Source: Pseudoalteromonas sp.
GTDB lineage: Bacteria; Pseudomonadota; Gammaproteobacteria; Enterobacterales; Alteromonadaceae
Assembly: GCF_036960685.1 (NCBI RefSeq)
Contig: NZ_JBALXK010000003.1
Span: forward strand, 244,172 to 308,171
Reading direction: 5' to 3'
DNA: 64,000 bases
Shown here: positions 49,301-58,758 of the stretch, in pieces
Position numbering within the stretch: position 1 is the stretch's first letter
How the letters are laid out: every line of letters starts with the position of its first letter
Position numbers and translations under genes: made by a program
The notes under the pieces: generated by a model
The model's database searches: none
Told to the model about the DNA's origin: nothing
What the model saw: the letters and a program-made list of their open reading frames with translations, nothing else

Positions 49301-50302
49301 AATGCCAGACGTTGACCCTGAACCATTGTCAGCCAGTACTTTAGCAATCAACAAATCAGCACCTGGTGCCATACCAACATATTTACCATTACTTGCAACA
49401 CCAGAACCTGCAACGGTTGAAGCGGTATGCGTACCATGGCCATTTAAGTCATCAATATTTGGCGTGTTGTAACTGCTGAAATCTTGATACATGAAAATGT
49501 TAGTTTGCAGATCTGGGTGATCGGTATCAAAGCCAGTATCGAGAACGGCAACTTTGATCCCTGTACCATCGTAATCTACAGCGTATGGGCCATAAGCACC
49601 TGTTAGTGGCACAGTTGGTGATGTTTCATCTGCCGCTATTTGATTTTTCCACCAGTGATCTTTATCTTTTTTACCTTTGCCCTTATTGTGGCCTGGGTTG
49701 TTTTTAGCTGGGTGTTTATGAGCGAATACCATGCCATCTAGCCATACGCCTTCAACTGCAGTATTTGCTGAAAGGCCCTCAATTACGTCTTCGAGGTTAT
49801 CTTTGTTGACTTCCATTACTACACTGTCGATAACTTTGAATTGTGCTTTGACTTTGGCACCAGGCATCGCCATTGAAAAAGGCTTTTCATCAAAGCTGTT
49901 GTCACGATATTCAACAATGATTTGCAGAGAGTCAGAGCTGGCATCATCAAAGCCTGCTTGATAGAGCTTATCAATATTGAAAAGCTCCATATCTAAGGCG
50001 CCAGAGTCAACTTTTGCTTGTACAGATGCCGGGATCACGTAGCTCTCACCGCCACGTTTAAATAGACTGGTAAATGTTTCTTGACCGTCTTCAGCAAGTA
50101 AACGAATGCCACCAATAGTGCCATCGGTATTTAAACGGGCAGCAACTTTATCACCGGTGATTAGGGTAAAACTAAGGTTTCTTTCAGAGCTCTCAGGTTG
50201 TGCGTCTGCAAAGGCATGGCTACTGATGGTAGATAATAATCCAACATAAAGCGTTTTTCGCAAAGCACGCGTTAAAGTGGAAAGATTTGGTTTTTTTTTC
50301 AT
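46340..50302 (-). CDS. Large secreted S8 subtilase: signal peptide, pro-domain, catalytic domain, PA domain and C-terminal domains
   Basis: Triad motifs VAVLDTG, NGHGTHTAS and SGTSMSAPHVAG; PA-like VAGKIALV. Confidence 0.95.
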   Translation of the reverse strand: MKKKPNLSTLTRALRKTLYVGLLSTISSHAFADAQPESSERNLSFTLITGDKVAARLNTDGTIGGIRLLAEDGQETFTSLFKRGGESYVIPASVQAKVDSGALDMELFNIDKLYQAGFDDASSDSLQIIVEYRDNSFDEKPFSMAMPGAKVKAQFKVIDSVVMEVNKDNLEDVIEGLSANTAVEGVWLDGMVFAHKHPAKNNPGHNKGKGKKDKDHWWKNQIAADETSPTVPLTGAYGPYAVDYDGTGIKVAVLDTGFDTDHPDLQTNIFMYQDFSSYNTPNIDDLNGHGTHTASTVAGSGVASNGKYVGMAPGADLLIAKVLADNGSGSTSGILAGMQWAVDNGADIVNMSLGGSVTACDGPMVEMVEALKDQALFVISAGNNFIRETIGSPGCSPYALTVGAADRENVTAEFSSRGPSPDGHSAKPDITSQGVNVIAAASGGKGEYAYRANSGTSMSAPHVAGGAAVVLQARPELTPQQLKAVLTSSVTETRAHVLDQGAGPMDVNQAMVQSVIAQPNLELGFFDSQNPVESHQSSVTLENISDEDVTFDLEVTFVGEDDKPLSAYNLAGLDAKRVTIGANSSVEVPVWINPTVALENAAYGTITGRIKGTEVKSHNGKKKGHYKNGKFDDLQKITVPVSFWIEPPTMNLILNANDRLGLPAASPSKFYIMSGEDTWGQSGQFTNGTATVELPKGKYSVVSHIMTYDNPTPFGGLVESATMMAELGVDLDVDTSISFDASTAEPVTFKTDKPSQMQGFSFGFTYALSEKDTLKLAAMELAPDYVTGFYTKSTGYDERFRSFLTTRAFAPKPVITTENGTQLEYILAGAAKSFNGQGSAEVVAVGDGGYSTDWSQFDVAGKIALVDADFYITGTQIKNAQEHGAVGVIGSVNNRTGRYKPNISGRYDIPVAAIAQSEMEKIYAELEQNPELTINWSGIAHEHSPYVYNLAHLNDGKIMTGTIKVKNKDLSAIETTHYTQGEARIKYSDIYANLPSTGEFYATGSPQLIATPSVRTEYFTATKAAEPLKGKDKALPRVAWTNLVMPSIYFNTDGGLFDGSREHVIGSHTATSWDKAPWGAALLTSGRSRAYRDTNLLHIANAAYGDSNGHDGGLGYSLSSSYGLTLNGEQVYLSNGYLELPDEPAVVEYSINTSKRAVGATHQANEQLSAELFVTHTFTTSADSQGPQSMLIPSIDVPLDLQNTATANTPVKIKIGAVSEADGVVDLTNVQVSYSYGRECRMYGYGRCRQDESTSYPTLNDRVLPEDISEVAKVENIGGQWYATIPNAAEAGQFVHLRVIVTDAKNNSTDQSVLRAYSLD

Positions 50303-50367
50303 TATTTATCCTTAGATTGATGATTTATTGTGTTTTTGTATTTAGTCGTTCTGATGGTCGATAACCA

Positions 50368-50907
50368 TTAGTGGTGAGTGATTTGCTTATCTAATGTGAC
50401 GGATTTAATTGTTGGGTCGTTACTTATCTGTAGCCACGTTTGAGTTAATTTAGATTTATCTAATCGAATAAACTGTGTGTTGATAGCGGGATAAAATTGA
50501 CTGTCTATTCCTGCTGTTAGGCGTTGCTGTGGAACTGAGTATTTAACTAACACAGGCAGGTAGTTGCTATTGCGATCATCAAGTTTTAGTGACACCAGTT
50601 TTGATAAGTTAAACAGCTCAACATTGACCCTACCTTGCTTTATAAGGGATTGTGTGTGGTTGGGAATTAAATAGGTCTGTGCATTTTTTACATAAGCAAT
50701 AAATGTGCTAGTAGGGTCGTTTAATCGAGCGTGGGCAATCGATTGCGTTTGGCTAATATCGAAAATCGCGACATCCCCCGTGATCAGGGTTATTTGCTGC
50801 TGCGCAATTTTATTAGCTGAAACCACAGGGCGCACAAGCGCAGCTACGTGAGTACTGGCAATACCCATCAAAATAATTAATACAACCAGTAATAGTTTAT
50901 TACTCAA
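50368..50907 (-). CDS. Secreted stand-alone paralog of the S8 pro-domain
   Basis: Signal peptide, then TLITGD...YLIP...ELFNLSKL...DD...LPVLVKY...VTLD, colinear with the protease pro-region. Confidence 0.8.
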   Translation of the reverse strand: MSNKLLLVVLIILMGIASTHVAALVRPVVSANKIAQQQITLITGDVAIFDISQTQSIAHARLNDPTSTFIAYVKNAQTYLIPNHTQSLIKQGRVNVELFNLSKLVSLKLDDRNSNYLPVLVKYSVPQQRLTAGIDSQFYPAINTQFIRLDKSKLTQTWLQISNDPTIKSVTLDKQITHH

Positions 50908-51246
50908 ATCTATAATTCCAATTCTTTATCATTATAAAATTAAATTCTGCTAATTATTTATGGTTAATCATTTGGTATGGAAAACCAAGCGCACAAATGT
51001 AGCGTTTTGTAGCTTCAGTTAACTATTTAGAAATATAATTAACAGTAAAGTTAAGCGGTGATAATTGACGAAAACGATGGAATGTTGTTATTTAGGGTCT
51101 CTTTAGGCAGTTTTTTTAATCTTTTTTCTAAGCCATTTTATAAAAGCTAATACAGTTACTTACAGCTACTTAGCCGCCACCAATTTAGGCTGTTCACAGT
51201 TTGTCAACCTTGAATTATCAGTTCACTTACTCTAACCTTTATTTTT

Positions 51247-51260
51247 ATTGAACGTTCAAT
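51247..51260. promoter_or_regulatory. BetI operator
   Basis: Perfect palindrome ATTGAACGTTCAAT, 11 bp before the betI ATG; matches the core of the E. coli BetI operator. Confidence 0.85.
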
Positions 51261-51271
51261 TAATAAAAATT

Positions 51272-51862
51272 ATGCCTAAAGTTGGAATGGAACCTGTCCG
51301 TCGTCAGCAGCTAATTGACGCAACAATAGAGTCGGTTGCTGAGCTTGGTTTACAAGGCACAACGATTAATAGCATCAGTAAAAAAGCCGGTTTGTCGTCA
51401 GGCATTATTAGTCATTACTTTGGTGGCAAGCAGGGACTTATTGAAGCAACGGTGCGTTATTTATTAACCAACTTGAAGCGAGAGTTGATTGAACGTGTCA
51501 CAGTAACGACTACGCCAGAGCAAAGGCTGATGTTTATAATTGAAGCAAACTTTGCACGCTTACAGCTGCAAAGCGATACCACTAAAACCTGGTTAAGCTT
51601 TTGGGCGCAGTCAATGCATGATGTGCAATTGCATCGCCTGCAAAACGTTAATAGCCGCCGTCTTTTTAGTAACTTAACCAGTTCATTCAAAGCATTAATG
51701 AATGATGATGATGCCAAGCTTGCAGCTGAACTTTGTGCGGCAATGATCGATGGGCTTTGGTTAAGAGCGGTGTTGAGTAAGTCAGACGAAAATCAATTTG
51801 AACATTGCGAACGCTTAGCCAAAGGCTATGTAAATTCACTTATCAAACAGTATGGAGCTTAA
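51272..51862 (+). CDS. betI: Transcriptional repressor BetI (TetR family)
   Basis: [18 protein letters not shown] and WLSFW..SMH...L.RLQ.VN.RRL.SNL. Confidence 0.96.
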   Translation: MPKVGMEPVRRQQLIDATIESVAELGLQGTTINSISKKAGLSSGIISHYFGGKQGLIEATVRYLLTNLKRELIERVTVTTTPEQRLMFIIEANFARLQLQSDTTKTWLSFWAQSMHDVQLHRLQNVNSRRLFSNLTSSFKALMNDDDAKLAAELCAAMIDGLWLRAVLSKSDENQFEHCERLAKGYVNSLIKQYGA

Positions 51863-53327
51863 TGTGACAACGCCTGTTTATCAAAATTTTATCAACGGTC
51901 ATTTTTTAAAAAATCAAAGTGGCGATACTTTCGCAGTTAAAAACCCGGCCACTGATGAAGTAATTTATCATGTAGAAGTCGCCGATGCGTTTGTACAAAA
52001 TGCAGCAATTGAAAGTGCTAAGCAAGGTTTTGCTACGTGGTCAGCAATGGCACCCATTGAGCGTAGTCGTATTTTATTAAAAGCCGTTGAATTACTACGC
52101 GCACGTAACGATGAGTTAGCAAAAATTGAAGTACTCGATACAGGTAAGCCTTGGCAAGAAGCAGAGTGTGTTGATGTACAAACAGGTGCTGATGTTATTG
52201 AATATTTTGCAGGACTCGCTCCTGCGCAAGTTGGCCAGCAGCAAATGGTTGGCGAAGATTTTTATTATACCCGTAAAGAGCCATTAGGGATTTGTGCAGG
52301 GATTGGCGCATGGAACTACCCATTACAAATAGCCTGCTGGAAATCAGGCCCTGCGCTTGCTGCGGGTAATGCGCTTATTTTTAAACCTTCAGAAGAGACG
52401 CCGCTTGGCGCAATTAAACTGGCAGAAATATTTTTTGAAGCGGGCGTACCTGCGGGTGTGTTTAATGTTGTACAAGGTGCGGCTGAGGTTGGCCAGTGGT
52501 TAACGCAAAGCGATGATATCGAGAAAGTATCGTTCACAGGTGAAGTAGGCACAGGTAAAAAAGTGGTCGCTAGTGCCGCAGGTTCACTTAAAGACGTGAC
52601 CATGGAGCTCGGTGGTAAGTCACCATTATTAGTGTTTGATGATGCTGATATTTCGCAAGCGGTAAGCGCGGCGATGCTGGGTAACTTTTATACGCAAGGC
52701 GAAATTTGCACTAACTGTACCCGTATTTATGTTCATAAGAACGTCTATCAGCAATTTATTGATGAGCTTAAAGCGCGCACAGAGCAAAATATTATTGCTG
52801 GCGACCCAATGGATCCTGAGGTGAACTTTGGTGCGCTTATATCAAAGAAGCATCATGATTTAGTGATGGGTTACATCGACAAAGGCATTAGTGAAGGCGC
52901 AACTTTGCTTACTGGCGGTAAGGCGCTTAACCCAGAGTCTGCCCCGAACGGTTATTTCGTTGCCCCAACCGTATTTATTGATTGCAACGACGACATGACT
53001 ATCGTTAAAGAAGAGATTTTTGGTCCAGTGATGAGCGTGCTGGTGTTTGATGATGAAGATGACGCAATTCGCCGTGCTAATGATACTCACCTTGGTTTAG
53101 CCGCTGGTGTATTTACCAAAGATATTAAGCGTGCACACCGTGTTATTCATCAGTTGCAAGCGGGTATTTGTTGGATCAACAGTTATGGTAATTCACCAGC
53201 CGAAATGCCGGTTGGTGGCTACAAACAATCGGGTATTGGCCGTGAGAATGGTATCGAAACCCTAGATCACTACACCCAAACTAAATCAATTTATGTTGGT
53301 ATGACAGATATAGAGAGCCCATTTTAA
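51852..53327 (+). CDS. betB: Betaine-aldehyde dehydrogenase
   Basis: [39 protein letters not shown] and EEIFGPV. The start may be GTG 51864. Confidence 0.95.
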   Translation: MELNVTTPVYQNFINGHFLKNQSGDTFAVKNPATDEVIYHVEVADAFVQNAAIESAKQGFATWSAMAPIERSRILLKAVELLRARNDELAKIEVLDTGKPWQEAECVDVQTGADVIEYFAGLAPAQVGQQQMVGEDFYYTRKEPLGICAGIGAWNYPLQIACWKSGPALAAGNALIFKPSEETPLGAIKLAEIFFEAGVPAGVFNVVQGAAEVGQWLTQSDDIEKVSFTGEVGTGKKVVASAAGSLKDVTMELGGKSPLLVFDDADISQAVSAAMLGNFYTQGEICTNCTRIYVHKNVYQQFIDELKARTEQNIIAGDPMDPEVNFGALISKKHHDLVMGYIDKGISEGATLLTGGKALNPESAPNGYFVAPTVFIDCNDDMTIVKEEIFGPVMSVLVFDDEDDAIRRANDTHLGLAAGVFTKDIKRAHRVIHQLQAGICWINSYGNSPAEMPVGGYKQSGIGRENGIETLDHYTQTKSIYVGMTDIESPF

Positions 53328-54997
53328 TGACTGCACATACTTATGATTACATCATAGTCGGTGCAGGCTCAGCAGGGTGTGTATTGGCTAATCGTCTGTC
53401 AGAAGACAACAATAATCGTGTTTTATTGTTAGAGACTGGCGGCAGCGATAAAAGTATTTTTATCAAAATGCCTACAGCCTTGTCTATTCCAATGAACACC
53501 GATAAATACGCATGGCAGTTTCACACTCAAGCGGAACCCTTTTTAGATAACCGCAAAATGCATTGCCCACGCGGTAAGGTATTAGGTGGTTCATCGTCTA
53601 TCAATGGCATGGTTTACGTACGTGGCCACGCCAAAGATTTTGATGAGTGGCAACAACATGGTGCGAACGGTTGGGATTATCAATCATGTTTACCGTATTT
53701 TCAAAAAGCCGAAACCTTTTATTTAGGCAAAGATACATACCGTGGCGGCAACGGCCCGCTGGGCGTTAATAACGGTAATGAAATGGCCAACCCATTGTAT
53801 AAAGCCTTTATTAATGCCGGTCAGCAGGCAGGTTATGCGACTACAGATGATTACAATGCTGGGCAGCAAGAAGGGTTTGGGCCAATGCACATGACTGTTA
53901 AAGACGGTGTGCGCAGCTCTGCAAGTCGTGAATATTTAGACCCAGTTAAATCGCGCAGTAACCTTACTGTAGTCACAGGTGCGCTTGCTGAAAAAGTATT
54001 ACTCGAAGGCAAAAAAGCCACAGGTATTGAGTACAGTATTAATGGTCAAAAACAGCAAGTATTTGCAAATAAAGACGTTATATTGAGTGCAGGGCCAATC
54101 GGTTCTCCGCATTTACTGCAGCTTTCAGGCATTGGTGATAGTGAAACCCTAGCGGCAGCGGGTGTTGAGGTTAAACATCATTTACCGGGTGTGGGCCAAA
54201 ACCTGCAAGACCACTTAGAGTTTTATTTTCAATATAAGTGTAAGCAGCCAATTACTTTAAATGGCAAGCTGGGGCTTATTTCTAAAGGGCTAATAGGCGC
54301 ACGTTGGTTATTAAGCCGCAGCGGTTTAGGTGCGACCAATCACTTTGAATCATGTGCGTTTATTCGTTCAAAAGCAGGGGTAGAGTGGCCAGATATTCAG
54401 TATCATTTTTTACCGGCTGCTATTCGCTATGATGGTAAAAGTGCCTTTGCTGGCCATGGTTTCCAAGTGCATGTGGGCCATAACAAACCTAAAAGCCGCG
54501 GGGCGGTGACGATTACGTCTGCTGATCCTACGGTTGCACCAAAAATTCAGTTTAATTATTTACAGCATCAAGATGATATTGAAGGGTTTAGAGCGTGTGT
54601 ACGTTTAACCCGTGAAATCATTGAGCAAAACGCATTTGATGACTATCGCGATGATGAAATTCAGCCGGGTAAAGACATCCAAACCGATGAGCAAATTGAT
54701 GCTTTTGTGCGCCAAGCGGTTGAGAGTGCTTACCATCCATCTTGTTCATGCAAAATGGGTGAAGATGAACTGGCAGTCGTGAACTCAAATACGCAAGTTC
54801 ACGGTATTGAAGGGCTGCGAGTGGTTGATTCGTCAATCTTCCCAACGATACCAAACGGTAATTTAAATGCGCCAACCATTATGGTGGCAGAAAAAGCGGC
54901 AGACTTAATTTTAGGTAAGCCATCACTTAGTAAATCGCAAGTAAAGGTTGTCATTGCATCACAATGGCAAACTGTGCAGCGTAGCTCGGAGATTTAA
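53327..54997 (+). CDS. betA: Choline dehydrogenase
   Basis: [35 protein letters not shown] and GNLNAPTIM; TAATG coupling to betB. Confidence 0.96.
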   Translation: MTAHTYDYIIVGAGSAGCVLANRLSEDNNNRVLLLETGGSDKSIFIKMPTALSIPMNTDKYAWQFHTQAEPFLDNRKMHCPRGKVLGGSSSINGMVYVRGHAKDFDEWQQHGANGWDYQSCLPYFQKAETFYLGKDTYRGGNGPLGVNNGNEMANPLYKAFINAGQQAGYATTDDYNAGQQEGFGPMHMTVKDGVRSSASREYLDPVKSRSNLTVVTGALAEKVLLEGKKATGIEYSINGQKQQVFANKDVILSAGPIGSPHLLQLSGIGDSETLAAAGVEVKHHLPGVGQNLQDHLEFYFQYKCKQPITLNGKLGLISKGLIGARWLLSRSGLGATNHFESCAFIRSKAGVEWPDIQYHFLPAAIRYDGKSAFAGHGFQVHVGHNKPKSRGAVTITSADPTVAPKIQFNYLQHQDDIEGFRACVRLTREIIEQNAFDDYRDDEIQPGKDIQTDEQIDAFVRQAVESAYHPSCSCKMGEDELAVVNSNTQVHGIEGLRVVDSSIFPTIPNGNLNAPTIMVAEKAADLILGKPSLSKSQVKVVIASQWQTVQRSSEI

Positions 54998-55129
54998 CTC
55001 GGCCACCTGGAGTGCATGGCACTTTGGGGCTTGCAGTGGCGCGCATCATAAGTAGTTTGTGGTGCGTTAATGCGAGATTAAAACACGGAGATACAATGAC
55101 CTATTATCATTTATTTTGGGGGGCAAATT

Positions 55130-56347
55130 ATGACCTTATGGCTTAGTGCTGGCATTATTTTTACCCTACTGGCAATTATCGCAATTTTAGTAAAATGGGG
55201 AAACGTAAAGTGTGTAGGCGTCACACCGGTTAGAACATTTACCTTTATCGCAATCTTATTTACATCAGGCCTAGACGTTGGCTTGATCATGTTTCCGCTA
55301 ACAGAGTTTGCAGGTTATGCAGACATAAAAGCAAGCCCAGAATATGCGTTTGCCAATCCACTGGCCATTGAGTTTGGTTATTGGGGCTTTCTTATCTGGG
55401 GATTTTATTTCCTTACGTGCTTTTATTTCTGTGTAATAGAACCTAAAGTAAAATTTTTCGAAATTCCTTTGGTTAAATTAATCAATAATATTGTTATTAT
55501 TGGTACTTGTGCATTTACTGCTTTTTTATTGCTGTCTAACTTACCTTGGTACTTGCCGAGTCTCGGCGATGGTGAATCGCTCATTCCTTCGTTTTATTTA
55601 ATCGTCTTTGCAGCGATTTGCTTTGCTGTGTATTCCAGCACTGATATTAAATATGTACGCTTTTTAAGTATCTCAACGACTTGGCTATTCATTGCCTTAA
55701 TTGGCTTTATGTGGGTTGGTGCGTTTATGGGTGAAAACGGGCAAGTGTCTGACTTTACAAATAACCTTGCATCTATCGGTAATTACTTTGGCAACATTAA
55801 TGAGTTTGTTTTACCGCTTAATGATTACCATGAGTTTTACTTATTTTGGTGGTTTGCGTGGAGTATTATGATTGGTCAGTTTACCTCTCGTTTTGTGGGT
55901 GGCTTAAAAACTTATCAGGTATTGGGCGCGATGCTTATTTTCCCGTCAATCCCAATTGCGATTTGGTTTAGCGTGCTTTATCAATATCACGAAGCGGGTT
56001 TACCAACGCAAGGTATTAAAAATATCGCCATGGTATTTGTTGGGGTGGTGTTTGTGATCAATTCACTTGATTCGCTGATCCGTTTATACACTGACAATAT
56101 GAATATCACCGTTAAGCGATTAGGTAAATTTAACTATATTGCACTAAATATAGTGGCTCTTTCATTGTTAACTTTGTTATTTAAACTAAACTTTTTACAA
56201 ATACAATGGGTTGGGGCACTGGTAATTGGCTTGTTTTTTGGTTGCGCAGCATATATTGCATACAGCAAGTTTAAAACAGTGAGCAACATTGATAGCTCGC
56301 CAAAAGATAACAAAATTGACTATACAAAAATTGAATCAGTAAGCTAA
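55130..56347 (+). CDS. Short BCCT-family (choline/betaine) transporter
   Basis: TSGLDVGLIMFP and FWWFAWSIMIGQF..R motifs; multiple TMs; position in the bet operon. Confidence 0.85.
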   Translation: MTLWLSAGIIFTLLAIIAILVKWGNVKCVGVTPVRTFTFIAILFTSGLDVGLIMFPLTEFAGYADIKASPEYAFANPLAIEFGYWGFLIWGFYFLTCFYFCVIEPKVKFFEIPLVKLINNIVIIGTCAFTAFLLLSNLPWYLPSLGDGESLIPSFYLIVFAAICFAVYSSTDIKYVRFLSISTTWLFIALIGFMWVGAFMGENGQVSDFTNNLASIGNYFGNINEFVLPLNDYHEFYLFWWFAWSIMIGQFTSRFVGGLKTYQVLGAMLIFPSIPIAIWFSVLYQYHEAGLPTQGIKNIAMVFVGVVFVINSLDSLIRLYTDNMNITVKRLGKFNYIALNIVALSLLTLLFKLNFLQIQWVGALVIGLFFGCAAYIAYSKFKTVSNIDSSPKDNKIDYTKIESVS

Positions 56348-56356
56348 GGAATTAAC

Positions 56357-57064
56357 ATGACAACACAAAAAACATTACTTGCAGTTGCACTGCCAATGGC
56401 ACTTTTTTCGGCATCTGCACTAGCTGACTGGTCAACGACCATCACGGGTGTATCTGACTATACCTTTAACGGTGTGAGTCAAACCAACAATGATCCTGCA
56501 ATTCAAGGTAGCCTTGATTATTCATTTGGTGAGTCGGGTATGTACGCCGGCACGTGGGCATCAAATGTGGATTTTGGTGATGATACTAATATTGAATGGG
56601 ATGCTTATTTTGGCCGTTACGCGCAGTTAAACGATGCATTTAGCGTTGATTATGGTTTAGCGTATTACAGCTATCATGGGCAAAGTAATTCAAGCGATGG
56701 TAATTATTTTGAAGCCTACACAAAATTTGGTTATGTCAGTGAATTGGGCCAAACCGAGCTTAACTTTTGGTACAGCTGGGATTACTTTGGTACAGGTGCA
56801 GGCCATGTGATCTCTATGGTTGCGCATACGATTGAACTTGCGCCAAATCATGCACTGCGTGCCAGCTTTGATATTTCTAATTCACTTGATGGCGATAAGT
56901 TTGCATGGGATACCGATGGTAAATCATATAACCACTACCGTTTAGCGTATCAAACAAGCCTAGCTGGTTTTGATATAGAAGTAGCGGGCGAGAACACTAG
57001 CTTAGATATCGATACTGCCGATGAGCGTATAGTGTTATCTGTTGGTCGTACTTTCTCACTTTAA
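56357..57064 (+). CDS. TorF-like putative porin (TIGR02001 type)
   Basis: Signal peptide, SDYTFNGVSQT...PAIQGSLDY, YAGTWASNVDF, C-terminal Phe-containing strand. Confidence 0.85.
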   Translation: MTTQKTLLAVALPMALFSASALADWSTTITGVSDYTFNGVSQTNNDPAIQGSLDYSFGESGMYAGTWASNVDFGDDTNIEWDAYFGRYAQLNDAFSVDYGLAYYSYHGQSNSSDGNYFEAYTKFGYVSELGQTELNFWYSWDYFGTGAGHVISMVAHTIELAPNHALRASFDISNSLDGDKFAWDTDGKSYNHYRLAYQTSLAGFDIEVAGENTSLDIDTADERIVLSVGRTFSL

Positions 57065-57088
57065 TTTATAAAAGTTTGTTTAAGCACC

Positions 57089-57113
57089 AAAGCGGCCATT
57101 TGGCCGCTTTTTT
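57089..57113. terminator. Terminator at the end of the bet operon
   Basis: aaagcggcca-tt-tggccgcttt, then a T-run. Confidence 0.75.
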
Positions 57114-57119
57114 ATGTAA

Positions 57120-57935
57120 TTACTTTATACTAGGTTTGCTAGGCCGGTAATCACCTTGCTCTAAGCCTTTAAAGTAAGCTTGGTAACGACCATCTTGCTT
57201 AAATTGTGCTAAGTGTACATTAAATATTTCCAGCAACTCGTTACTTTGCTCTGCATTTTTGGGAAACAATAAAAAGCTGTTATTAAGCAGTATCGGTTGT
57301 GTGTGATGAGTGATCGTGTCAGCAAGTTCAGGGTGTTGATTATAAAGGGTGTGGTAGCCAATATTTATCTCCTCAGCAAATGCATCAATGCGACCTGCTG
57401 ATAAACGACGAAAGTTTTGCTCTGTACTACTTACTTGCGAGAGGTCGAATATACCGTCGGCAACAGCCTTATCGAATTTAGGGCCATAGCTATAACTCAG
57501 TCCGCCGCCTATTATCAGACCACGTAAATCATTAAAATTGTGCCATTCAAAATGGTTATCCTTTTTATAAAAAAACACGAATTTTTCACTAAGCACTGCA
57601 TCGCTGTAATAATAATTTTTAACCCTTTCTTTACTATGCATCCAAACCGCAGTTGCTGCATATTTACCGTTGTATGTGTCATGATAAGCGCGGCCCCATG
57701 GTAAAAAGGTGAAGTTAGCTTGGATCCCCGCCTCACTAAAAATATCCTTGATAAGGTGAGCTGCAACACCTTGATAGGGGAGAGATTCACTTAAAAATGG
57801 CGGCCATTCACCGGCACTTATATTGATGGTTTTTTGATTGGGGTTTGACTTCATTGGTACGGCGAATGCACTGGTTATGCTGCAGAGTAACAACCAAGTA
57901 AAGCATAATGGCACTATTACTCTAGTATTAAACAT
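57120..57935 (-). CDS. Orphan family-3 periplasmic substrate-binding protein
   Basis: GEWPPF, PWGRA, YSDAV and L..GRIDAF motifs; signal peptide. Confidence 0.85.
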   Translation of the reverse strand: MFNTRVIVPLCFTWLLLCSITSAFAVPMKSNPNQKTINISAGEWPPFLSESLPYQGVAAHLIKDIFSEAGIQANFTFLPWGRAYHDTYNGKYAATAVWMHSKERVKNYYYSDAVLSEKFVFFYKKDNHFEWHNFNDLRGLIIGGGLSYSYGPKFDKAVADGIFDLSQVSSTEQNFRRLSAGRIDAFAEEINIGYHTLYNQHPELADTITHHTQPILLNNSFLLFPKNAEQSNELLEIFNVHLAQFKQDGRYQAYFKGLEQGDYRPSKPSIK

Positions 57936-58069
57936 TTCGTGCCCCTTGGCTTATGGCTTAAATTGTTAACGAATTGTTTTGATATTACCTCAGCAAATAT
58001 TGAAAAGCGAATTTCAGCAGGAGTCGTTGTAGGTAGTGATTAGAGTTCTATTTTTAGTAAATACTGCTT

Positions 58070-58106
58070 GTAAGCATAAGCTGTTGTTACAACAGCTTAT
58101 GCTTAC
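58070..58106. terminator. Perfect 18-bp inverted repeat after the lipoprotein gene
   Basis: gtaagcataagctgttgt-t-acaacagcttatgcttac; no U-tract. Confidence 0.55.
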
Positions 58107-58110
58107 GCTA

Positions 58111-58749
58111 TTACATCTTTATCCATTCACCAGAAAGTGCGTTGCCTGGCAGATAAACCTCTAAACCTAGATTGTCGTTGTTGATAAAAGCAATACCAGC
58201 TAGATTCTCAGTAGCGCAAACACTATTAAACGGTGTAATGCTAAAGTAAGTATCTTCATTGCCAATAGAGCCTGTAATATTACACCCTTGATATTGAGCT
58301 ACATAGGTACCCTGATTATCTAAATTTACATCAATAACTAGATTATCCCCAGCCACGTTGTAATCACCTGCCAGCAGGTTGACTGCTGTGTAATGACGCG
58401 GCTCGCTCTTAGTTAAATTCACCGGTTGCGAATCAATAATGCAATTGAAGCCAATGTCAGCGCTTTGGCAATTGGTTTGCGAACTAAATACAATATTTTT
58501 CTTGATAACCGAGCCTGTGTGCGCCGTAGATACTTCTCTGTCAGAAGTTAGCACTAACGTAACACCTAGTTCATTGATAGCAAGGCGAGCTAACTGTGCT
58601 GTGCCATCTTTTTCATAGGCGCTAGTATATAAACCGGCATGCTTTACAAGGTAGTTTTGTAGTTGTTGTTCACTTTTATCGTTATCTAAATTGCAGCCAG
58701 CAAGTAGTAAGCTCAATGCCGCTGTGCTCAAAAGCAGTCGTTTTTTCAT
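58111..58749 (-). CDS. Lipoprotein of unknown function
   Basis: MKKRLLLSTAALSLLLAGC lipobox; 9-bp gap after surE containing an AAGG RBS. Confidence 0.8.
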   Translation of the reverse strand: MKKRLLLSTAALSLLLAGCNLDNDKSEQQLQNYLVKHAGLYTSAYEKDGTAQLARLAINELGVTLVLTSDREVSTAHTGSVIKKNIVFSSQTNCQSADIGFNCIIDSQPVNLTKSEPRHYTAVNLLAGDYNVAGDNLVIDVNLDNQGTYVAQYQGCNITGSIGNEDTYFSITPFNSVCATENLAGIAFINNDNLGLEVYLPGNALSGEWIKM

Positions 58750-58758
58750 TAGAACACC

